Below are positions 26,143 to 36,418 of a DNA stretch of 64,000 nucleotides, one piece after another. Each line of letters starts with the position of its first letter. Position 1 is the stretch's first letter. Position numbers and translations under genes: made by a program. A model generated the notes under the pieces. It worked only from the letters and a program-made list of their open reading frames with translations. It made no database searches and had not been told where the DNA came from. The stretch is from Monocercomonoides exilis PA203 (taxonomy: Eukaryota; Protista; Preaxostyla): assembly GCA_001643675.2 (NCBI GenBank), contig LSRY02000038.1, positions 620,001 to 684,000 on the forward strand, written 5' to 3'.

Positions 26143-27829
26143 TTAACAATGAACAATGTAATATTCAATACGTCGAACCAAAAAATCATCACCAAATATC
26201 CCTTTTAAAATACAATAACGCAATCTGATAATGCCATCCTCGTATCCTTCTTCTTCCAACCTGTCAAACACTTTTCTTTTCGTTTCTTTTCGTTTTGTTT
26301 CTTCGTTTTCTTTTTCCTTGTTCTCCTTCAATCTTTTACAAATATTTTCGAAAAATAGCAAATAATCCTCAACTGGTGATTTTAGCAAATCAAATCGGAT
26401 GGTTTCTCCCAAAGCCATATGAGCAGCTCCACTTTCCAACAAGTCATCAATCTCCACAGCAGCGTTACGAGATGCATGTTTCAACAATTCAGTGCATCTC
26501 CCCTCAACTTCTCTGTGATTATCCTTTGCTGCTTGAAGTATCTGAATAATGCATCCAATAAGAACAGCATATTCTTCAGTTCGTAATCGATACTCGTATA
26601 AGAAAACTCCCACAGTTTCGATACATTTCCTTAATTCCATCACTTCTTTCGTATCTTTTCCTCTTATTTCATTCTCTCCTTCTTTTCTCTTCCAATCAAC
26701 ACATCTTGTCAGCTCTTCCAGTTCTCTTCTTGCTTCTCTCACAAAATGCAACTCATTCATAAAAACTTCTTCCAAGCTTCTTTCATAAAAAATCCTGAAC
26801 ATCAAAAATTGCATCGCAGACTGATAGGCAAGTCGTGTCAAGTTGCGATGCTCCTGGTGATATTGGATGATTTCCTTTATTTCTTGAAAATACAGCTCTT
26901 GTTCAGCAATCTAACAAAATAAATAAAAAAGAAAAGAAAAGAAAAGAAAAAGAAAAAAAGAAAAGAAAAGAAAAAGAAAAGAAAAGAAAAGAAAAGAAAA
27001 GAAAAAAAAAGAAAAGAAAAGAAAAAGAAAAGAAAAGAAAAGAAAAGAAAAGAAAAGAAAAGAAAAGAAAAGAAAAGAAAAGAAAAGAAAAGAAAAGAAA
27101 AGAAAAGAAAAGAAAAGAAAAGAAAAGAAAAAGAAAAAGAAAAAAGAAAAGAATAGAATAGAAAAAGAAGAAGGCAATTCAATGATATTATAAATGTAAT
27201 ATAAACACTCAAACACGACGCACGCCCATGCTGCTCAAAGCTAGCAAAGCCATTTCCACTTCTTTTCGTGCTTCTTCGCTTTCTTCTTTGTTCAATGCAG
27301 CTTTCAAAAGGCAAGGCACACAAATAGAAAGCATTTCCGAAGTGAAGTTGAAACTTAGAATAAAATAGCACTCGCAGAGACCAACAAGAAGCTTTTCATT
27401 TTCCCCTTCTTTCTTCTTCTCTTCTTCAGCAATCATCTTTTCAATTCTGAAACGAAGCGAAGACATATTGAAATCAAATTGAAACAAATTTCCGATGATA
27501 TTATGATATCCGATGTGCTTCAGTAACAAAATAGCATTCCTCACAGGCATTTTCTTTTCTTCAATCATTTGATCTATTTTATCAAACATTTCTTTTGAGA
27601 AAATGGAATTAAATTCTTCTTTGTCCATTTCATCAATTATTCCATTCATTTCAAGGATTTTCTTCTTCTGCATCCATTCAGTGTGGTGTTTAAGCTCAGA
27701 AAGCAATTCTGAAAAAAGCTTGTGAAAATTAATATAAAAGCAATGAAATAATGTATGCAAGCCATTGAACTTCTTTGTAGCGATTGTTTCCAATAATTTT
27801 TCATAATAGAAATCAAAATATTGCTCCAT
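26143..27829 (-). CDS. ~470-aa alpha-helical family member B, convergent with A
   Basis: ORFs 27209-27829 and 26143-26841 are joined by intron 27214-26911 containing (TTTTC)n. A small 5' intron is possible. The central ~0.72-0.76 kb is identical to member A apart from microsatellite length. Confidence 0.8.
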
Positions 27830-28183
27830 TTTTCAATTAAAATAAAAAATATACAAAAAGAAAGTGCGAGATAAAAATAAAATAATAAATCAAATTAAAA
27901 GATAAAGTGTCACTTCTCATACGCAATCTGATTGTGTTTGCATTTTTTGTCAAAGAATAATGAAGAAAAAAAAGATAAAAATTCTTTTCCTTTACTATTA
28001 TGGAAATTTTGATCATATAATTATTAAAGACATATATTGTCCGTTTTTTTATCACCCAGTTTATTATTGTTTCCTATTAATATTTTCCTTTCATTGCTTC
28101 AAGTTTAAAAAGGTTTTTTTAACAAAGAGAATAATTTATGAACAAATAACAAATTATTGATAGGTTATATACTTATACATAGA

Positions 28184-28954
28184 TACCGTTTATTATTCAA
28201 ATTTGGTAAACTTATTATTCGAAATTGGTAAACTTCTTATTCAAAATTAATAAAATTGAGTATTTTTTTTGAAAAGTTTTTTTGTGAAAAAATGGTTTTT
28301 GGCTGAATATCAGAAAATATTGAAAATATTATATTCACTCAATATTCGAAATATAGATGAGAATTTGAACCCAGATTTTTATTATTTGTGAATAAACAGA
28401 AAATTTCTGATTTTTCAGAAAAAAAAATCATCATCATGGAAATAGGATAATTTTTGAATTATTTCACCTCACATCGATAAATAATAAATAATTCAATCAT
28501 GAAATGTTATTTTCACTTCGAAATATTTATAAGAACAATCAAAAACAAATGAAGAATCCTGAAAGTGCATTCGTGGATTTATTCAGTTCTGAAAAATATT
28601 TGCATTCAGTTTGTATCATTGATGCAAATAACATTTCATGATTGAATTATTTATTATTTATCGATGTGAGGTGAAATAATTCAAAAATTATCCTATTTCC
28701 ATGATGATGATTTTTTTTTCTGAAAAATCAGAAATTTTCTGTTTATTCACAAATAATAAAAATCTGGGTTCAAATTCTCATCTATATTTCGAATATTGAG
28801 TGAATATAATATTTTCAATATTTTCTGATATTCAGCCAAAAACCATTTTTTCACAAAAAAACTTTTCAAAAAAAATACTCAATTTTATTAATTTTGAATA
28901 AGAAGTTTACCAATTTCGAATAATAAGTTAACCATATTTGAATAATAAATGGTG
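28184..28954. mobile_element. Foldback / long-TIR non-autonomous element, ~330-bp arms, with ~22-bp subterminal repeats
   Basis: 28184-28512 is the reverse complement of 28626-28954. The right end GGTG is followed by TA, and ttattattc(a/g)aa(a/t)ttggtaaac units repeat at both ends. Confidence 0.8.
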
Positions 28955-29103
28955 TATATATGGTAGTTTTTTTATCCGGACATTTTTTTTTATCCGAACA
29001 TAAATTTTTATTATTAGTTTAATCACCCACTTTTTATGTTTAATTAGTTGTTTATTGCATGTAAGGAAAAGTCAACAGTTTGAAATTTGGATTAAATTAC
29101 TGC

Positions 29104-29195
29104 ACCTAATCTCTGATGGGGGGGAGATGGGGGGGTTAGTTCCTCCATCTCTGATTTGTGCCTCACCTGAAGAGATTAGGTCATAGCAACGGGGC
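29104..29195 (+). other. GC-rich foldable island in the transposon 5' region (candidate structured RNA or regulatory element)
   Basis: An 11-bp stem acctaatctct/agagattaggt encloses a 12-bp hairpin gagatggggggg/ttcctccatctc. It is conserved at 58392-58480. Confidence 0.5.
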
Positions 29196-29341
29196 TTTCT
29201 TAGTTAGAATTTTATCGAAAATATTTTTTTGATTTTTTTTCTTTTCATTTCAAAATAATTTTTTTTAAAAAAAAATAAAAATAAGATCACAACCAATATT
29301 TTATTTTTATAAGAGTAGTGAAACAAAGAAAAAAAAATGGT

Positions 29342-30906
29342 ATGACGAAATTGAGAGATTTGATGAAATCTTTCCAGTATCGTCAATTCAAAAATCGATT
29401 AGTACGTATAGCCACAATCATTGCTGACGGAAAATGCCGTGTTACCTACGCTGCTAATCTGAAGGAATTCTCTCGTTCATCGATAAACCGAGCCGTAATT
29501 GCTGTTGAAAAGGGTAGAACCTTGGGAAAAGTCTGTCGACGAGAGCTTTATACAAAAGACAACAAAGAAGCAATATCCGGAGTCATCAGAATCGAAAGTT
29601 TGACAGGAGTAAGTTATTCTGTAACTCAAACAAAACGATTGGTTTGTATTTTGTGCTTTTCCTTATCTATGATTATAATAAATTATAATTTCAGATGGAA
29701 TCAGTGCTAACTGATAGAAAAATTCGAAGTGGAGAAGAAGAAGATCAAGAAGTTAAAATTTCAAAATCAACACCATATTCGTTTGTCAAACGCAATCCAG
29801 ATCTCAAAACATCGATTCCTCATAAAGATTATATTCAACGTTTATCTGTGTCTAGCAAACAGTCTCTTCATCCTTTTTTCTCTCTTCTTCGATCACTTCA
29901 TGACTTTCACAAATACTCCACTTTACTCATCTTCAACACAGACGAATTCTCTTTTCGCCTCTTTGACAATACAAAACAACTTGTCGTTCATCCATTAGAT
30001 GTTTCAGTTGGATTTTCAAAAACTCCAATCAACAAACCAAACTCCACTCTTGTGGTTGCAGTTGCCGCTGATTGTTATTATTTTCTAAGCTTTGTTCTTT
30101 GTCCATCCAAAAAACAACCAACTGAAATGAAGGTCTTGCTCAGTCCACAGCTTCACGCCTGGGCAGACAATGATGGATGGATGACCGATGCATTGTTTGC
30201 TCGCTATGCAGAAAAGATACTACTGCCTGGAATTGTCCTAAAAAGAAAATTGCTGGAAATGAACGAAGAAAGATGCTTGCTTCTCTTGAATTCTCATCCT
30301 TCAAGAGCACAGCCAGATCTGTAACAAAAATTTGAAGATGCATCAATTGATGCAGTAACATATGTTTCACATTGCACTCATCTCACACAGCCACTTGATT
30401 GCGGAGTTTTTGCGGTGTTTAAAAGATGTTTCAATTCAAGCTATGTTGTTCCATCATCTTCTTCGATCGCACTCAGACGAAAAGCAGTTGCAAATGCCTT
30501 GCCACAGGCTTTGCAAACTGCATTGCTTCCTTCAACAATTCACTCTGCATTTGAAAAGAGCGGCGTGTTGTCTGGGCAGTTCAATTCTGTATTGGTGAAG
30601 TTGCCTGACACTCCTTCAGTTCAGCTGAAAAAAAAATCCCATCGTTTATATTTCCATGGAAAAAATAATTCCGACCAAGCATTTTTTGATGAATGGAAAG
30701 AATACAAAAAGATGAAAGAGGAGAAAAATATTGATGATTCTGTTGAAGAATAAATCGAAAAAGATTTGTTTTCTGAAGAGAAGCCGGAAAAAAGAAAAAT
30801 ATCCATATCCCAAATTTTTAAAGATGATGATTTAGAAGATGATAATGAACGAAGAAATACCAGCAAAATTATCAAAAGAGTATTAATGGATAATATTTAC
30901 AATTGA
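29342..30906 (+). pseudogene. DDE_1 (pogo/Fot1/Tigger-type) transposase with a 53-bp intron, inactivated
   Basis: Intron 29642-29694 is phase 0. Motifs IFNTDE, GWMT, LLLL(N)SHPSR and THLTQPLD are present, with 35 residues between the 2nd and 3rd catalytic positions. It has in-frame TAAs at 30322 and 30751 and a D-to-N change at the second Asp. Confidence 0.88.
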
Positions 30907-31012
30907 TTGTTGCATTTTTTCAAAAATTTCAACATGCGATTTATAAAAAAATATTTATTTTTTTATCAAAAAATAAAAATTATGTCCGGATAAAAAAATC
31001 ACCCTATATATA

Positions 31013-31269
31013 TGGGTGATTCTTTTTGATTTCATAATTTTTCTATCAAAAATATCGAACAGATTGTTTATCGCAAATACTTAAAAATCAATCAGATATT
31101 TTTGTGGAAATCATATTTGCACTTCTCTGTCTTTCTTTAACAACATGTGTCAAAACAACAATAATTAGAAAACAAGTGATGCTTTTTTGAAAATTGTTTT
31201 TCAAATAATTGTGAATTTGAAAATAAAACTTGCAACGAAAAAATATATGATTTCAAAAATAATCACCCA
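31013..31269. mobile_element. MITE (257 bp) with TGGGTGATT termini
   Basis: ~30-bp imperfect TIR tgggtgattctttttgatttcata / tatgatttcaaaaataatcaccca, with TA on both sides. Confidence 0.8.
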
Positions 31270-31273
31270 TATA

Positions 31274-31724
31274 CAGTCAAAACCGGATATAATCACATCG
31301 GTTTTTGCACGACTCTTTGTGACTATATCCGATTGTGATAATAAGCGATGTGACTTAACACAGAAAAAAATGAAATTATATTTTAAAAATAATAAATTTT
31401 GGGTCGATTTTTTTAATTTTTGGAAATTCTGCACAAACACACTTTTTTCACTTGTTTTAACAATTTTGAACATAAATACTCATAATTCAGACTTATTTGA
31501 GTATATTTTTGCAAAAACAAAAAATTCATATTTTTGATCAAAAAACCGATTGTTCATTGAAAAAATCACCCATAATAATAAAAAATGTGATTATATATTT
31601 TCATCCCTGTGATTATATTCGATGGAAAATGAATGAAGAATGAACTAAAAATGTCGGTGCATGGAAAAATGTGACTATGAACGAATGTGATTGTATTCGA
31701 TGTGATTATATCTGGTTTAGACTG
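31274..31724. mobile_element. MITE (451 bp) with CAGT termini, Tc1/pogo-type
   Basis: TIR cagtcaaaaccggatataatcacatcg / cgatgtgattatatctggtttagactg matches at 25/27, with a TA TSD. TGTGA(T/C)TAT motifs repeat internally. Confidence 0.88.
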
Positions 31725-33499
31725 TAATTAACGTTAAATTTTTTTTATCAATGTTTTGTCATGCTTCCACGAGTTTTTGAAATTAAATGTTTTTCTTTCA
31801 AGCATTGTTTTTGATATTTTTTTTATTGTTTTTGGTAATTTTTCAAAGTTAGGATTCAAGATTTTGTCGACTATTTTGACTCTTCACCTTATTAAAACAA
31901 AACTGAAGTTTTCAAGGAAAATTTGGGACAAAATCGAACTTCTTTATTTTTTTTTTTTTTTTTTGAAAAATTATGCACTTTTCATTGACTTTTTTTGATC
32001 AAAAAACACAATAGTAATATGTCCATTTTTTGACATTCGTGAAATGTTGGAAAAATTAATGTTTTTATTTCAACGATGCCTGTATTCGGATCTGAAAATC
32101 AAATTTTTTTTGAATATTGAGAAAGCGAAACAAAGTTATGAGTAAAGCAATTTTCACATGCTTTGTGCAAAAAAAGCTTGAAAGTCTGGATTTTCCCCCA
32201 TTTGTTAAAAAAAATAATTAAAAAAAGAAAAATAATTGTTTGAATTATTCAAAAAATGTGCCTAATTTTTTGGGTATTGGCTGGTTTGATGGTAAATGTC
32301 CTTTCAAATTTAACAAAAAAGAAAATAAAAAATAAATAGAATAAAACTTGTGAAAAAGGTTTTTTTGAAGTACTGAAAGCCAATCTGTGCTTTTCAGCAG
32401 TTGGCAAGCAAAAACAAAAAAAGTGTTTATTAAGCAAAAAGTCTTATTTAAAAGTTAACCCTAATTATTTATATTCCTGTTGTTTCTTATTGCTGATTCG
32501 TTATAATTCGAGATTCAGTTCAACTGGTTATATATTTCAGAAATTAAATATTGTTATAATTTGTCTGAATAAAACAAGATCTATATTTTTCAAAGAATAG
32601 AGTTTTGCATAAATGGTCGGATTTGGTACAAACTGAAAATATCTTCTATTTCTGTGCATAAAAAAAAAATTTTTTTTTATCGATTCTTAGAACATGAAAG
32701 TAAACAAACATGATAAAAAAATCTGAAAGCAATCCCTTGAAAATACGTTTGATTTCTTCGTTTCCTGAAAACCAACATGATTGAAATAGCACCGATCTGA
32801 CCATTTTTGATTTCTGAATGAAACTCTCACAGCCTGGTTCCAAAACAAGGAGTATTTTTCCTTTTTCATCGAAAGCTTGGAAATGAGTGTTTTTCTTTGC
32901 CATGCACAACAGAATCCCCCATCCAAACCCATTTGCTGCAAAACACAATTATTTCTCATTCTCACCTTTTGTTTTCGGCTATTTCTTGAGTGTTCCGAAA
33001 TGCCAAAAATTCAGTTCACAAACAAGAACAACACTGAAAAAAATAAAAAGATGTTGCAATAGAAATGCATGAAATGTCATTTCTGCTTAAAAAACAACAA
33101 CAACAACAACAAAAATATATATGTATCGCTTAAATTGTGCTGATTGGCAAATCATGAAACATTCAAATAAAAATGAATCCTTTTGAAAAATTCAAAAAAA
33201 ATTCAAACATAAAAATGCCAAAATCAGATGAAAAATGGAAATCGAAAACAAATATCGAAAACAAATATCGAAAACAAAACATTCACAAAAAATTATAACA
33301 TAAAAAATAAAAAACGAGGTGTGTATCAAGTTCATAATCTTCCAATGAACTCTTTGTAGATGATCAAAACGATGAAAAAAAAAATCTTTTCAAAAAGTTT
33401 TTCACAACGTTGCGAATGCGACTCAGCATCTGGTTGCTCATTTCTTGTTCATTTGTATCTTTGCTATGCCTCTGCAACTTTAGCTTGCTTTCTCCAATT

Positions 33500-34804
33500 T
33501 TAACGGCAGACGCAGCAGCAAATCACAATAACTAATATCACAAATCCTATTGGAACATTAATGGAGATCATAAGCGATAAGTCTGATGAATCGTCGTCTT
33601 TAGAAGAAGAAGTCTTCGGATGACCATCTGTGTTCCCCTTGACATGCTCATACACATCCACAAGCTCTGCTTCTCCTTCTGCTTCTCCATCTGCTGCCCC
33701 AACAACCCACCCACTTGCTGATTCATCAAAATCGCTCGCAAACTCAAATGCATCTTCCTGTTTGCTGAACTCTTCAAAATCTGGCGCAACAATGAATATC
33801 GATCTCGCTGTTGAATTCGCTGTGTTTGTGCTGTCTATCTCCAGGTTGCTGGCTGACGGAAGCTGAAGATTCGATGTTGCCTTTGCCACGCTGATCAGCA
33901 TTGCCCCAGCCTTTCCTCCAGCTGCTCTGCACAACTTGAACGTGCATTTGCTCGTCCTTCCAATCGTCACGGTCGACTCCTCCGAAATCAAAGATATCTC
34001 AAAGCCTGCTGCTGCACCATTCTCTGCATTCACCTCTTGGACATCCAGTCCTTCAATAACAATTGCTGAGGGCTTGTCGCTTTTGTCGAAAATGCCTATC
34101 GCTGCTCCATTTTGAACTGCCACTTGGCTGATCTCCACCCCATTCAGCGACACTGCGCTCACGCCTTCAAAATAAAACGGAGACAGCGAAAACGAAGCTG
34201 TGCTGCTGGCATCTGTGCATGAAACAGTGTTCAACGCAACTGACCCGGCAAATGCCCTCACAAGGCTTTTTTCCAAAGACCCTTCTTCCTCAGCCAGCGC
34301 AACCATTTCTCCTCGCGCCTGTGCCCCGACCCTCACAAATCGGCAGTTGCTGATCGTGAGCGACGTCGACATTTCATTCGCTTTTATCAACGCTTCCCAC
34401 TTCGTGCTTGATGCTGGAAACTCGAATCCCAAATACCTGAACTGCACCACCTTCTCGCACGTGAACAGAGCCGACCGCGCACGCACATCGCAGTCGATCG
34501 CTGCTTCCTCGCTTCCGTCTCTCGCTTTGTTCACTCCTTCAAACGTTATTCCCCCGTTGTTCCTGATCCGCAGCTCTTCTGCCACATACGCCCTTTCATC
34601 GCGGACAACCCTTATGCAGCTGGCCTCTTCCCCTCCCAGCTTTTCATATGCTCCTTTCAGCGTGCTCACCTCTCCCCGATAAAACGCTCCTTTATCACTC
34701 GCCTCTCCGTCATGCTCCAAATACACCGTCGCCACGGGCAACGCTCCTTCCTCCTGCGCGCAAATGGACATCACAGCCACAAACAGAACACATTTTTGGA
34801 ACAT
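33500..34804 (-). CDS. Type-I membrane / surface protein with a beta-rich ectodomain and a Cys-rich juxtamembrane tail
   Basis: Intronless 434-aa ORF with an N-terminal signal peptide (MFQKCVLFVAVMSICA) and a C-terminal TM helix followed by CCCVCR. Confidence 0.8.
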   Translation of the reverse strand: MFQKCVLFVAVMSICAQEEGALPVATVYLEHDGEASDKGAFYRGEVSTLKGAYEKLGGEEASCIRVVRDERAYVAEELRIRNNGGITFEGVNKARDGSEEAAIDCDVRARSALFTCEKVVQFRYLGFEFPASSTKWEALIKANEMSTSLTISNCRFVRVGAQARGEMVALAEEEGSLEKSLVRAFAGSVALNTVSCTDASSTASFSLSPFYFEGVSAVSLNGVEISQVAVQNGAAIGIFDKSDKPSAIVIEGLDVQEVNAENGAAAGFEISLISEESTVTIGRTSKCTFKLCRAAGGKAGAMLISVAKATSNLQLPSASNLEIDSTNTANSTARSIFIVAPDFEEFSKQEDAFEFASDFDESASGWVVGAADGEAEGEAELVDVYEHVKGNTDGHPKTSSSKDDDSSDLSLMISINVPIGFVILVIVICCCVCR

Positions 34805-36100
34805 ATTTGCAGAGCTAACAAATAAATCAACAAATTGGATCGAATGCTGCTTAATATGTATATGGAACTGATCAAAAAGTTCTTTTTCTGTTTTCTGTTT
34901 GTCTTTTCAATAACTATCAACTGCATGTTTTTATTCAGTCATGTAGTTACGAATATCTTTCAGTTTTTTCGACACAAATGGGCGTGTTTCAAAAAAATAT
35001 ACATCAGATCAATTCATTTTTATTCAAAAGAGTGTTTTGGTGCTTTGAAGTTTGTATTTATTGTGATAATGTGTTTGCATTTGAAATATCTATTTTATAG
35101 GCAAACATTCCAGAAGGATGGTTAATTGAATGATTTTTCAGAAATGAGCAATAGTTTATTTCAATGAAGAGCGTTTTAATAAATGGAAATTGCTTGTTCA
35201 CTTATTGCATGCGGAAAATACATGTTGCTCATTGGTGAGCATGTTGCGGTTGGTGCGTGTGCAGTGCATTGCTGAGCTTGCCAATTGCATTTGTTGATGA
35301 GGTAAAATTGAAATGGCGGAGCAGCAATTGTTGCGTTCTTGGAGAAAGTAGTTGCAAAGGACAAGGAATGGATGTGAGAGGAATTGGAGCAAATTCCCTC
35401 ACTTGGATGTATTTTTTTTTCGGAAACAACAATTGAAGCTGTATTTAGCATCGTCAATGCATTTTTTTTTCTTTATTGGTTGGGACAGAATTGCATTTTC
35501 TTTGCTTTTGAGTTACTGCAGCGTCTGATGGAGAAATGGCACTTTTCCTGGTCGATAGCGCGGTGGTGTTAAGTGTTGAAGAAGTGCAGCGATGCTGGCA
35601 TCAAAGCTTTGTGTTGCTTTCAGCAATCTCTGAATGTTTCGAAATGCATCAAACGGTAAAGTTTATTATATATATATTGTTGTGAAAATGGTTTTCATAA
35701 ATTAAGTTTTCAGTGAATAGATTATTTCCGAACGTTTTTGTGATCAAATTTTGCTTTTTATTTGAAAAGCTTATTTCTTTTAACTATTTTTGTTTCATGC
35801 AAATGAATTTTCGGCTCCTTTGAAAACAACAAAAATCAATTGCATTTCAATTTTGTTGGAAAGTTATTGGAAATTTCAAAAACAATTATTCTATGAATAA
35901 TCTTGAAAGAAAATGCCTGATTTCAAGAAGGATCACCAACATTAAAAATACAACAAAAATATGTTACATTTACGTTTATGAGTATTAGAAAAATGTTTCA
36001 AATAGATTTCTTGATTATCGTTGAATAATGAAAAAGAAAATTAAAAATTGGCTTAAAATTTGAAAATCTTGGATACGATTACAAAAAAAATTTTTTTATA

Positions 36101-36398
36101 CAGATATCGCACAAAATACCGGACAAGATCGATATCTCAATAAGAAGATAATTTGATAACCTCATCAAACTCATTTGAAAATTTTCAGAAAAATATATCG
36201 AAATCTCGGAGAAATAGGATTTTGAGTTTCTCCGAGATTTCGATATATATTTTTTCTGAGCACAAAAAAAGCTGAAGTGAAGTCTTGTTTTTCAAATGAG
36301 TTTGTGTTGATGAGGTATATTTTGAGGAAAATTATCAGAATTTTTCTTCTTGTGGTTATTGAGATATCGATCTTGTCCGGTATTTTGTGCGATATCTC
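36101..36398. mobile_element. ~300-bp hairpin MITE / foldback
   Basis: Perfect ~42-bp outer arms (agatatcgcacaaaataccggacaagatcgatatctcaataa), gapped middle arms, and inner arms tatatcgaaatctcggagaaa/tttctccgagatttcgatata. The left end is TA|CAG; the right TA is not preserved. Confidence 0.75.
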
Positions 36399-36418
36399 TT
36401 TATTTATAAGATGAGATA

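Larger units (their letters stand above)
28961..31004 (+). mobile_element. pogo-like (Tc1/mariner superfamily, DD35D) DNA transposon copy 1
   Basis: Ends tggtagtttttttatccggacat and atgtccggataaaaaaatcaccc, with TA on both sides. A transposase lies inside, and the element is colinear with 58263-60279. Confidence 0.88.

Noticed and set aside
29104-29195. Assignment to TPP riboswitch, SECIS, C/D snoRNA, hammerhead or HDV ribozyme
   Set aside because: It lacks UGAGA and P5 (TPP), the apical AA loop and 3'-UTR position (SECIS), the K-turn bulge and an intact box C in copy 2 (snoRNA), the GAAA core (hammerhead), and a P1/P1.1/P4 layout (HDV).
1-30906. Alternative genetic code (TAR=Gln or TGA=Trp) suggested by many in-frame stops
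   Set aside because: Intact genes here end at TAA, TAG or TGA, multi-kilobase ORFs lack internal TAR, and the stops replace different residues (Q, W, K, probably L) only in repeats and pseudogenes.
28961-31004. Fanzor/TnpB cargo in the TA-flanked elements
   Set aside because: No RuvC or zinc-finger motifs are present. The whole coding span is explained by a DDE_1 transposase.
32646-33072. Short overlapping ORFs as a gene
   Set aside because: No recognisable motif or consistent exon structure was found. It may be a relic but cannot be supported.
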